DNA of 62,836 nucleotides, counting the filler, from Sphacelaria rigidula (taxonomy: Eukaryota), in assembly GCA_964200075.2 (NCBI GenBank). It is 11 parts of 11 records of this genome, joined end to end, with 100 filler letters (N's around TTAATTAATTAA, not from the genome) between each part and the next. Parts side by side here need not be neighbours in the genome. Positions count along the whole stretch, not along the records: positions 51,495 to 57,115 come from CAXNAA020025787.1; positions 57,216 to 62,836 come from CAXNAA020025788.1; 9 more parts are not named here. One strand, written 5' to 3'. The notes below the pieces were generated by a model. It searched no databases, was not told where the DNA came from, and saw only the letters and a list, made by a program, of their open reading frames with translations. Position numbers and translations under genes: made by a program. This document shows, piece after piece, positions 52,113 to 62,836 of the stretch (position 1 is its first letter; each line of letters begins with the position of its first letter).

Positions 52113-53039
52113 AGTGATGCTGCTATAGCTTACGGATGAGTTATTGGGAAATGAGTAATGAAGAACAAACTAACCCGACCAGGAACACGCGAAAAACATC
52201 GATCGACACAACTCACTCATGTAAGAAGAAACGCGTGATCACGTGGCACGTCTGCTGGTACACGTAGCGTGAAGGGTCTCGTAGTATATACGCATATATC
52301 AATACTGCCGCAGGTGTAATATGAAAACATGTACAATTTACGAGTATACAATACCAAAAAATGGCCGTGTATTACGGGTTGTTTCACGTTTCTGGAGGGC
52401 CGGGTGGAGGGGGGGGGTATTCTTATTCTTCACTATTCGTACATTTGACACAGGGTTAGGCAGACACACAGGAAGTTTCGCCATTACACGCTTGATACAC
52501 GTTGCATCACACCCCTCGAGTGGAGTCCACCCAACGTTTCAGACTTGCTTGGCACAGAGGTTTTTGCGAATGGTCTCTGAAAAGCACAGCTGGACTGAAA
52601 TTTGTTTTGTGTGCTTGATGAAGCGTCGGCTTCCACATCGATCGCCTCGCATCCTCTTTCTTGTGCCGTGGCGTCGCTGGAGTTCGTGGTGGATCCCATA
52701 GTAGACTATCGTATCGTGTGTCGCACGCAAGGCAACTCTCTATGATCGTCGTGCACACGCCAAGCGTGTGTGTGTGGATGTGTGTGTGTGTGTGGAAGGG
52801 GGGGCGTCACACAAACTGAGGGGCAAAGATGAGCTATCGCAAAACTCAAAACTCATGACACAAAAGTGACGTGGCCGTGTTATAAGTCAAGGGATGAACA
52901 TGAGTTATTTCCGAACTCCGAACACAAAATTGCTCAGAACTCCGAACACAAACCTGAGTGACCTGGCTGTGTCGCATGAGTTGGGGGCTTAAAGTGGGCT
53001 ATCCCAGAACTCAGAGCACAAAAGTAAAGGTGCATCTCT

Positions 53040-53351
53040 CACACGCGGCCATTCGGCTACCCCCAAAATTACTCTGTTCTGGTCAACTTTTCGAGCCTTC
53101 AGAGGAATTGAACGCCTCCAGAGGGTGCGCGGCCCTCCAGAGGAATGGGATCAAACGCCTCCAGAGCGCCATCGTTTTTGTTACTCTCCAGTGATTCAGA
53201 CCTCAGAACTCACTGAAACATCAGATGCCCTCCAGAGGATTCGTTTTTGACCGCACCTGGGGATGAAATGCCCTTTAGAGGGTATTTGACTCTCGAGGGG
53301 ATGAAAATCGCGATAGAGGATTTTATGGGGGTTGCCGAATGGCCGCGTGTG
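53040..53351. mobile_element. 312-bp MITE with CAC...GTG ends (CMC/EnSpm-like), nested in the array element
   Basis: TIRs CACACGCGGCCATTCGGCTACCCCCA / TGGGGGTTGCCGAATGGCCGCGTGTG; CT on both flanks; internal CCTCCAGAG repeats. Confidence 0.75.
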
Positions 53352-53434
53352 CTGTGTCCAGAATTAGTTGTTTCAGAACTCAGAACACATAACGGAGCTT
53401 CACATCAGTATTTTTATTCTGTGATTTTTCATTC

Positions 53435-53952
53435 TATAATTCACCCGGCCAGATTGTGCACCGCTGATTTAGCTTCTATAGCTCTCCTGTCGAAGACATG
53501 CATCGATGAGTTATCTCCTATACCTCACCCGGCCAGAGTGTGCACCGCTGATTTGTTTTCTATAACTCACCCGGCCAAGATATGCAAAACTGGGTTAAAG
53601 TTTATAACTCACCTGCCCGAGATATGCATAACTGAGTTATAGTTTATACCTCACCTGCCCAAGGTATGCATCGATTATTTTTGGTTTATAACTCACCCGG
53701 CCAGAATGTGCATAACTGAGTTGTAGATTATAACTCACCTGTCCGATATATGCATGACTGAGTTTTAGATTATAAGTCACCCGGCCGGAATACGCATAAC
53801 TGGGTTATAGATTATGACTCACCTGCCCGAGATATGCATGACTGAGTTATAGATTATGACTCACCCGGCCCGGAATGCGCATAACTGAGTTCTAGCTTAT
53901 AACTCACCTGCATAGATTATGACTCACCCGGCCGGAATGCGCATAACTGAGT
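53435..53952. repeat. 42-bp tandem repeat array (~12 units)
   Basis: Same unit and orientation as 51745-52112. Confidence 0.93.
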
Positions 53953-54033
53953 GATGCTTCTGTAACTCACTGATGAGTTATGCCAAAAAGAGTTTACTCG
54001 AGGTAACTTGAGTTGAGTTGTATGACGTATGGG

Positions 54034-56190
54034 TATTTCCCCGTCTAGCATGATGGCACTTTTGGCACATTCTGTCATCTTCTTTACCATTCTCCACATC
54101 CTTCCTCTGATCCCAGTATCCCACAGCTTTATCCACAGCTCATTTCTCCATACTGTGTCATAAGCCTTTTGTACGTCAGAAAAAAACATTACGTTGTCAG
54201 CCCGGCGTCTTTCCTACCTTGAATAATCTTACCTAGTGTGTACGCGTGGTCTACGCAACTACGGTTTGGTCTGAAACCTGCTTGCTCCTCGCTGATTTTT
54301 TCGCTCTTTTCTACCATCGTTCCTACTCTATCATTTAGAATCTTACAGAACGTTTTCTCAACCGTGCTCAGTAGCGTTATCCCTCTATAGTTCCCTGGGT
54401 CAGCCTTTTCTCCTTAATTGAAAATATTGACGACTACTCCTTCTCTCCACCTCTTGGGTGTGTAATCGTTTTCTCGGGTCCAGTTGTACAGCATATTCCC
54501 TCCCCCCGTAATCAGACATTCATTCACTATTCCGTCGGCCCCTTCTGCCTTTTTGTTCTTGAGTTTAGCTACGCACTCCATTACTTCATCTCTGGCGAAT
54601 TCTCTCTGCAATTATTTCGAGTCACTATCCTCCCGTTTTGACGCCTCTACATTTGCTTCTGCCCACTCGTTGATCTCTTTCTCGAATTTCGTGTCGAACT
54701 TCGTGTTAGTTTTTGGCGTTCCTATTTTACGGTAGTGCTCGACTAGCACTTTTCTTTTTCCTTTCAAACTACTGCTCATTTTTCCGTTCTGTGCCCGTAG
54801 CGTTCAGCTAATGCAAGATAATCAATCAATCAATCAATGAATCAGTGTGGCTATCCCGTTCTTCATCTTTCTTGCCTGGTTCCCCATAATCCCTTTTATC
54901 CCTACCCACATTTGTTTTATCCCGCCATCGAAATCTTCATTTGTTTATTCACTACATCGTCCCATACTTCCGTCTTTTTCTTCTGTGCCATACTTTTTAC
55001 TTCCTTTCGAGCTTTTGTATACTCCTCCCATCCTATCGTACTTTTGCTCGACATGCATCTCGCGTGGGCCTCTCTCCTTACTCTTGTAGCCTCTTTGACT
55101 TCCTCATACCACTATTTCACTGCCTTGTTGCAAAGGATCATTTTCTTCCCCATGGCTTTACTCGCTGTGTTCTTGATCAGCTGCTCCCATCCTTCTACAA
55201 TGTCCGCTCCTGCCCGATTTATTTCCATTTCGGTATCAACTGTTCCGACGCGTTCCAACAATTCGGAAAATTTCACTGCATTCTTGGCCATCTCTTCTTG
55301 GAACTCTTGCTGTTTTCCTTCCATATCTAGTTTATCGATTCTCCATTTGTACAACTTGCTACCCCGCCTATTCTTCTAGCTCTCGCCTGTTGGCTTTCTG
55401 TCCATATTAAGCAGTGATCTGTGGTTCCCACGTCCTCCGCGCATACGTGTACTTCCATTTCTTCACTATTTCCATGCTCTACCACTATATAGTCAAGAAC
55501 GGAGCATTCTCTCTCGTCTCTGCGGTTTCTAGCCCATGTCCATCGCGCCTCTGGCTTGAGTACTTTCTCGTTCAGCGTCTTCATCTCGTTATTCTCAAGG
55601 AACTTGGGCATTCCTAACCCATTCGTGTTCTTCTTATCTTCCCCGTATTGCCCAATGATAGCATCCGGTTGGCCTGCTTCTCCGACCCTTGCATTAAAAT
55701 CTCCCGCTAAGACTGCTTCTCCTTGCTTTTGATACTCATGTACATCTGCTGCTATCTCTCCAAACCTACGCGGAAGATCGTTTACCCTACTCTTCGATTC
55801 TGGGGACATATAGATGTTACCTACGAAGAAGTCCTTCGTTCCCCGCTCTCCTGGTACCCTTCTCCATATGCTCCCGTCGAATTTCGTGTCATCGATCACT
55901 TCGATAATGTCACACAGGTATTCCTTGACTAAACATTCTACTCCCCCCGCTCCCCTGCTCTTGGGCTTTTATCCCTTCCGCTCTTTCCCTATCAATGCGT
56001 AATCTTCAACTTTGCATCCTATTTCCGCCCCCTCTTTCTCACATGACTCTTGAGTTCCTACTACGAAGTATATATTGTTCGCGCTTCTTTACTTGTTCGA
56101 CTGTCTCTACTCTTTTGTGCTCGTCTGTGGCGAAGCCACACACGTTCCACGATCCTTTTCTCAACTTCCTTTCCGAATAATTATCTGCAC
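54034..56190 (-). mobile_element. Degenerate APE-type non-LTR retrotransposon (LINE) ORF2: endonuclease and RT
   Basis: GSWNVCG; GNIYMSP; LAGDFNARVG; SVLDYIVV; TDHCLIW; GADGIVNE; PGNYRGITLLS; EEQAGFR; DVQKAYDTVWR. Confidence 0.93.
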
Positions 56191-58927
56191 TCTTTTTGTC
56201 TCCTATCCTCTTTCCGTGTCTCTGACTTCTACGTTCCCTTGCTTGATTGTTCTGCCCCTTGCCGGTTTGGTCGTCTATTTGCTTCGGGCCGCTGTGTCTC
56301 CTCCCCTTCCCCTTCCGGACATTTACCTGTTCCTGCCTCTCTTTCCCTCCGTTTGCCCGTGCACCACGTCTCAGGTTTGTTGTTTCACTAGCAATGCATA
56401 CTCTTTGGCAATGCATACTCTTCATCCTACTCTTCAAATCCATGGCGACACCTTACTTGTCTCTGTCCTTTCCTGCTCCTTACTCGTGCTCTGTTTTAGT
56501 GTGACTCGGAAGTGTTCTCCCTCCTTTTCTTCTTTTCCTGTTACCAAACAATATAATCCAACTTCATCGCATTTGTTGAAAACCTCTATTCTTGTCATGT
56601 AGCTACGAACTCCGAATATCAGCACTACTAGTACCTTACCAAACCACTCTTTACTCCTCCATCCGTCCTTCCTTACCGTCTCTCTCTCGATCTCCTTCGA
56701 GGTAATCTCCAGCTTGTTTGTTCCACGTGCATTGGTGGGATATATTCAACGTACTGGGACATTCCAATCCTTGTACTTGTGGGGGATTTGGTGTCTTTCA
56801 GTTCTTATGCTGGCTCACCGACACTAAATAATGCCTCCAACATGGGCTCGTAGCCTGAAGCCAAGTTTAACACCTTCGACACAAGTACCCCGCATTTGTG
56901 CCAGCCGATCTTCATGGTAAGCCATCCAGTCATCCCACGATCGTATATTCTATCTTTTTGCCCCGCTGCTGTACTGGTTACTTTCCTCCCGGCAGGTCAT
57001 TTTCACCGTGTAAGGTTCAAGGACGGCTTGCATAACACAAGGCCTTACTCACATCGGGATGTCCCGTACATCACTTTTCCACTCCATGCACGATTCACCA
57101 TAGGTCGCTACTTCANNNNNNNNNNNNNNNNNNNNNNNNNNNNNNNNNNNNNNNNNNNNTTAATTAATTAANNNNNNNNNNNNNNNNNNNNNNNNNNNNN
57201 NNNNNNNNNNNNNNNTTAGCTACCAGTAGGTAAGGGAATGGAACCATATTTCGAAGATTTCGCGTCGATACGAAGAGTTTAATCCTCCGGGTTCTCCTCC
57301 TCAATGAAAATCTCCGTCCTCAACATAGATGATCGGCTGTTAATCTACCGTGATCGTTCACGAATGCTCAAAAGGTGCACCATGGGAATGTTTTCCCGCA
57401 GTAAACGGTACCATATGTGCAACGTCTTGGTAGAAAACTTCGGCAGCAATTAATACTTGCATACCTTCCAACCCAAGCTACCCGTCGTTCACTGAAACAA
57501 AGAAAAATAGAGACTTTTATCGAAGTGTGATGCGTGAGAGGACCGCGTGCTTAGAGGAGCATACGGTTTGGCGGCAAACTGATACCACAGGGGCCGAACA
57601 CGATCTCTGGTACTATCATTGAGCCATATGCGAATACCTCCAGCTACATGTAGGCAAAAGCACACGCAGTCGAAGTTTCAAAGGAGCACCGTTAACCAGA
57701 GGTGGGTAGGTTAAGGGGAAAGGATACAGCGGCAAACGAAGGAACTCACGTATGTTCATTGACTCTTTTGACGCATAGGGTAGCACGGTGCGATACAGTA
57801 CGAGTCGTTGAAGAAGGAGAAGAAGTCGATGGCGATGCCGGCTGTCGGTGGATAGATTGAGAGGGAGATGGAGTGAGAGATGTGAGAGTTGTGACCGAGT
57901 TGGCGTACCCGTTGTGCCATGTCATGAAAAGTGGTCGATATTATATTATTGAGACCCTACAGAAGGCAGATCATTACCGCTGATGTCAGGGTCTGAACAT
58001 CGTGTACTCACCCCCTCCCCAAACGTATGTGTGATGGTTGGCTGGGGTTGCTTATGCAACTTGGCCTGGGTTGGTTCAGGAAGGTCAACATGAAACTCGT
58101 AGGGCCCATCTGTGATGTGATGAGGAATGCAAGGATTGAGTTACTGTTGGATAAAGACAGGATATGACTGGCGGGTACAAGTAGTGTAGTGTTGAGGCGA
58201 AGAATTGCGAGATCTGCTTCCAATTTCAGGTGAAAAATTGTTTGAAATGTTGTGCTTCGGTGTATTTGTGTGATAATTCGTTTTTCAAAAGTATAAGGTG
58301 TTCCTTGAGGAGATTTGATCGCCACATCGGATCGCTCTGCTCGGTTCGATGTTTGGGGTTCATCATCACGATAGAAGCTACAGAAACACACATCGGACAA
58401 CTCAACTCGGGTTGACACGAGTTAACTCTTTCCCGCATAACTCACCGGTGAGTTAGGGCAGCCTCACTCAGCGGTGCACATTCTGGCCGGGTGAGTTGTA
58501 CAGCATCACTCAGCGATGCAAAATCTTGCCAGGTGAGTTAAAAACTGTGACACAGCGGTGCAAATTTTGGCCGAGTGAGTCATAGAAGATAACACGTCTA
58601 TGCATATCTCGTCACGTGAGATATAAACTACAACTCAGCAGTGCACATTCTGGCCGAGTGAGCTGTAAACTATAACTCATACATGCATATTTTGTCAAGT
58701 GAGTCGTACAGTATCACTCAGCGGTGCACATTCGGGCCGAGTGAGTGAAACGTGATACAGTAACTCATCGATGCATATCTTGGCCTGGTAAGTTGAAGAA
58801 GATGAATCAGCGGTGCACATTCTGGCCGGGTGAAATGTGAAATGAAATTTGAAAAAATAAAAGGATTGGTGTGGAAATCAGTTGTGTGTTTTGAGCTCTG
58901 AAACAAGTCATGATATGTACACAGAGA

Positions 58928-59540
58928 TGTGTGTGTTGTCATCTCATATATCTTGGACGTCGGTCTACACCTTTCGGTATGAGTGGGCGGGCGCACCAGC
59001 TGGGGTCACACAGGAGGAAGGCCAGCACAGGTTTTTTTTCTTTGTTTTAGTACTCCACCGAGTGATGCTGCGATAGGGTCTGCACTTTTACGGCCTGAGA
59101 TTATAATTGTTGGGAACCCTTTATCTCATCCAAAACACGACATTCGAAACAGGTGAGAGTACGCCAGGATTTCCCTTCCAATTTGCTAGGGCTATCCCGA
59201 ATTAATTAGCAAACGGGGATATCCTCACCCCTATTCTTGTGTAGTTCTTAATTTTAGGAACTCCTGAACCAGACCGGTTTTGGCCACAAAAATGCTGACC
59301 CTATCGCAGCATTACTCCACCTTCCTTCTGTGGTGCTTGCCTTTTTTATCGCGAGAGGGGTGCAGCAGTCCCTTTCTGTCGTCGACCGTCAAGTCGAATA
59401 TTGTCTACCCACGACAGTGTCGCTCTGCACTGTTGCATGGGCGTTGTGTGAGAAAAAATCCAGTTCGCTCCGAGATTCGAACCCACAACCCAACCGTCAA
59501 AAGGTTTCGAAGTTACCAACTGAGCCACCGGGGCGACCCG
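58928..59540 (-). mobile_element. tRNA-derived SINE interrupted by a MITE
   Basis: Head GGTCGCCCCGGTGGCTCAGTTGGTAAC...GGGTTCGAATCTCGG; body split at CTCCACC|TTCC. Confidence 0.85.
59060..59317. mobile_element. 258-bp MITE, Sola-like (family B)
   Basis: TIRs GAGTGATGCTGCGATAGGGTC / GACCCTATCGCAGCATTACTC; 4-bp TSD CACC at 59056-59059 and 59318-59321. Confidence 0.9.
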
Positions 59541-62209
59541 CACCATTTGTACCTCTTACCTTCGCGTTCCGAGTTCTAACATATCTCATTTTCACCCCTT
59601 AACTCATGTAACACAGCCATGTCACTCAGTGTTGTGTTTGGATTTCTGAGCAGTTTAGTGTTCGGGGTTTTGAGATAACTAATTTTCAAGGGCAATATAC
59701 AAAAAAGGATACACCTTGCTGCTTTTGGAACAAAAAAGGGTAACGTTTTTTGCCGCTTTGGGGCGCGGCGCTACACGCTAACTGAACACCTCGGAAATAC
59801 GTTCCAGCACCTCAGCCCCAAGCTCAAGGTGTCTGGGCAGAATACCCGTCCCTTCTTTTTCATTTTCATAAGTGTTACTGGGCTGAACTACGGCGCCGAA
59901 ATTGAGAGCCTGTGAGAGTACCCTTTTTTGTAAGCAAACCAGGAGGGCATGACCTGCCTTCTGCTAAAACGCTATCTCTACCCTTTTTTGTGAAATTGTG
60001 ATATCAGAGAGTTTCGCGGGACACAAATTCCGAGCATAGTCATAGTGCAGAGTGGAAGCGGTGAAACTTCACTTCATATTGGAAGCTGATACGACGTTGC
60101 TTAACGTGGGATTTTTTATCGCAGTGATCGGGCGCAGGTTCTGCAGACTCATGAGTGCTTCGAAAATAGACGAATGGACCAATGCGCATCGGGACAGGGG
60201 AGTTACGATAGCGCACCTACTGCATTATTGAACTTGCTACGGTCGCCACACACAGTGCTGCTACTGAGAGTAGTTAAAAGTACATCCCAGTGCAGTGCAT
60301 TAGAGTACAGTGCAATGCAAGCTCGAAAGTAGAATGGCGCAGTGCAGATGGATCAAAGTGGGGTATGTACTGTAACAGGCAGTCGCTACAGAGGAGCATA
60401 TGACTGTACAAACAGCACAGTGCACAAGTGCATTACAGTGGCACTTACAGTACGTCCAACTGGATAACAGGGCAAGCCGCAAGTACCTCAAGTCGCTTCA
60501 TGGTGTCACCCTCAACCACGGCAGGCTTGGCTACATTCATCGGCAGCACAGCACTGCCTCGGTGTAATTACCCAATGTGTGTGTGTGTTTTAATTATGAG
60601 GTGTTATGCAGGCCATGGCTCTGAAGAAGATAAATGCCCTCTACTTGAATCAAGTTGCGCTCTTCAATACACATGTCCCCGCGGGCGCAGAGCCCTGCTG
60701 GCAGGTAACGTATGCAACAAGATTGGGTTCATTTTTTTCGCGGGCAGGTTGTCTTGTTTCGCTTGCACGGGCAGTTCGATCTACGCCCGCTGTGCGATCA
60801 CCAATCTACACGCATCCTCTTTCTAGGATCCAATTTTTCCCTTCAAAACATCGAACCATCTGCGATTCATAGGGTCAGCACGGAAGAGTCCACATTATCC
60901 TGTGCCTTGGGTAACGCTCCATTGAGCGGTGGCACGAAACGCCACAACCCTTGTACAGATAATACAGGTTATATTTTTTCCCGTTGGCGAGCCCTGCAGA
61001 CAGGTGCACTTTTTTCACTTGCTTTTGAGTACACATATTCCGGGGTCATTTCGTTCTCTGAAGCTCTGGGAAGCCAGTATTCCTTCTTACTTGATTATAG
61101 GATACATATCTTTCGGGGTCATTTCGTTCTCTGAAGGTCTGAGAAGCCATCATATCTTCTTACTTGATTTTGGAGTACACGTTCACATATCAGCCTATTT
61201 GTTTTTATTTTGCTAGACATCACGGTGTCTTCCGGTTCTGCTTGGGTTTCGCTTTCCGGGCTGTGTCAATTCTGCATGGTGTTTTGACGTGATTCGTTTC
61301 GTTTGATGGATTTCCCCCTGGTGTGTCGGTGGATCCTTCGGGCGTCCGAGATGACACTGTCACTGTTTGTCTGCGACCATGAATAGTCCGCGACCACGGA
61401 TAGTCTGTGGAATCAGCATCAGTTTTACCTGAAAAATCACTGCATGACCAGATGACCTACCCTCGCGGTCTAGCTCTATAAGGGAGAACAACGTGCACAG
61501 CTGATAAGCATCTACGGCGTTTCTTCGAAGTTCAAAAGCACGCAATCATCACTGGCGATGTTTCTGATGCCGCTTTTGCTGTCATCACCAGTGGACGCGC
61601 AAATCATTAGAGAGTTTCGGAAGATTTTGTTTCTGATCATGGAGTCAGAGTGGAGAGTGGAAGCGTCGAAATTTCAGAGTGTACGCTAAAATGTTCATCG
61701 TGGAAGCTGATGTGACGTGGCTTGACGTAGATTTTTTTTTCCCGCAGTGATTGGCCGCAGGTTGTGCCGCCAAATAAATGTGCGATCGCCCCGTCTGGAC
61801 TACGTGCAGTCAGGTGCAGTCCGAAAATGCACCAGTCAGACCAACTCCAATGGGAGCCGTTCAAATTTTTTCTTCAAGATTTTCAAACGCATTTCTTTTC
61901 GCCACGATTCTGAACCGGGGTCAAAATGGACACTATTAGGGCCTGAAATTTGGAGTGGTACATGGATATTTAAGTTGGCGCGACTTAAGAGGTGTGCATC
62001 TCTACAACAGCACCCCAAGAAGATGTATATCAGAAGGCGGCATTTTGACGAAACAAGGAAGGTGATAATCATTTCGTGATAAACGTTTATAGTGATGGTG
62101 ACGTGACGGTTCACAAATTCATTTTCCCGAGAAATCACACGCCCTTCCAATGTCGGGGGAAAGACGAGCGATGTCATGACGAAAACTGCACACGAATAGA
62201 CCAGCGACC

Positions 62210-62443
62210 TCAGGCAGGGCGGCAATCACGCGCAAGGGTGTATGGGCATTGTCGCGGGTCAAAATGCGGACGGCCTCCCGCTCGAGAAGGAGGAAAAGCA
62301 ATAGCAACAGCAAAATCAACAGCAGCAGCAGCAGCAGCAGCTGCAGCGTTACCACCAGAGGGCCAATAACGCGCCGGGTGGTGGACATTGTCACGGGTCG
62401 AAACACTAACCGCGTCTACCACACGAGAAGGAGAAAGAGCATG

Positions 62444-62476
<33 letters not shown>

Positions 62477-62640
62477 TTTACTGCCAGTAGATGTGTACGG
62501 CTGGGGTCGAGTCTCAATCAACCGGTGTCAATACTGCTGTTGCTGCTGCTGTTGCTGCTCTTCCTCGTGCGAGAGACGGTCCGCGTTTCGATCATGCGAC
62601 AACGCCCACTCACCTTGCGCGTGATAGCCACCGTGCTGGC
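62210..62640. repeat. Degenerate foldback containing (CAG)n/(CTG)n tracts
   Basis: ATCACGCGCAAGGGTG...TTGTCGCG...GCGGAC at 62226-62270 is inverted at 62575-62625; CAG runs at 62320-62346 and 62446-62476, CTG run at 62534-62558. Confidence 0.65.
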
Positions 62641-62786
62641 AAGCGTTAGTCCGTACTACCCGCCGATGGGCCTATGCTTGCTCACTCGGCGAGGTGCTGG
62701 GAGATATAGCTCTGCGCACCTCTCTGTGGGAGCTGTGCACGACGAGTGTGTCTCGCACGCGTGGCTACTGCTGGCGATGAAAACCA

Positions 62787-62789
<3 letters not shown>

Positions 62790-62836
<47 letters not shown>
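62790..62836. repeat. (GT)n microsatellite at contig end
   Basis: Directly visible. Confidence 0.97.

Larger units (their letters stand above)
51704..54033. mobile_element. 2.33-kb non-coding TIR element with subterminal 42-bp tandem arrays
   Basis: Imperfect TIRs CCACACGTCGGACAACTCA / TGAGTTGTATGACGTATGGG; boundary duplication TATTT(CC) at 51699 and 54034; splits a LINE RT. Confidence 0.85.
58387..59680. mobile_element. Second, inverted and more degenerate copy of the 42-bp-array element, interrupted by a SINE
   Basis: ACACATCGGACAACTCAACTC terminus; array GCACATTCTGGCCGGGTGAGTT at 58430-58835; 58840-58910 and 59590-59680 match the reverse complement of 53360-53435 and 52900-52990. Confidence 0.75.

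Noticed and set aside
51745..53952. CRISPR array (palindromic repeat plus variable segments)
   Set aside because: The segments between palindromes are only ~16 nt and homologous to one another; there are no cas genes; the arrays sit inside a eukaryotic TIR element
57216..58386. Penelope-like or other retroelement remnant on the minus strand
   Set aside because: Only a vague LL*GLN resemblance; no RT or GIY-YIG motif could be read

Overview
This window is not one locus. It is 11 unrelated, size-sorted eukaryotic contigs (5622 or 5621 bp each) joined by artificial 100-bp spacers (44 N + TTAATTAATTAA + 44 N), so adjacency across spacers has no biological meaning. The DNA is repeat-dense. A brown alga or related stramenopile is inferred, not proven, from GT-AG introns, CCCTAA-type repeats, tRNA-SINEs and a nad5 NUMT. 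It contains degenerate Ty3/Gypsy elements, an APE-type LINE, a pogo-like transposase relic, tRNA-derived SINEs, many MITE/foldback families, microsatellites, a mitochondrial nad5 insertion and one probable host exon (acidic Ala-rich repeats). The most notable items are: (i) an intron-split Sola-type DDD transposase whose exons join in phase; (ii) two related ~250-bp MITE families with GAG...CTC ends and 4-bp TSDs, plausibly mobilised by a Sola enzyme; (iii) a 2.3-kb non-coding TIR element carrying 42-bp palindromic satellite arrays, inserted cleanly into a LINE RT. I found no CRISPR, rRNA, true tRNA or prokaryotic system. Family assignments are by motif recognition only; no searches were run.
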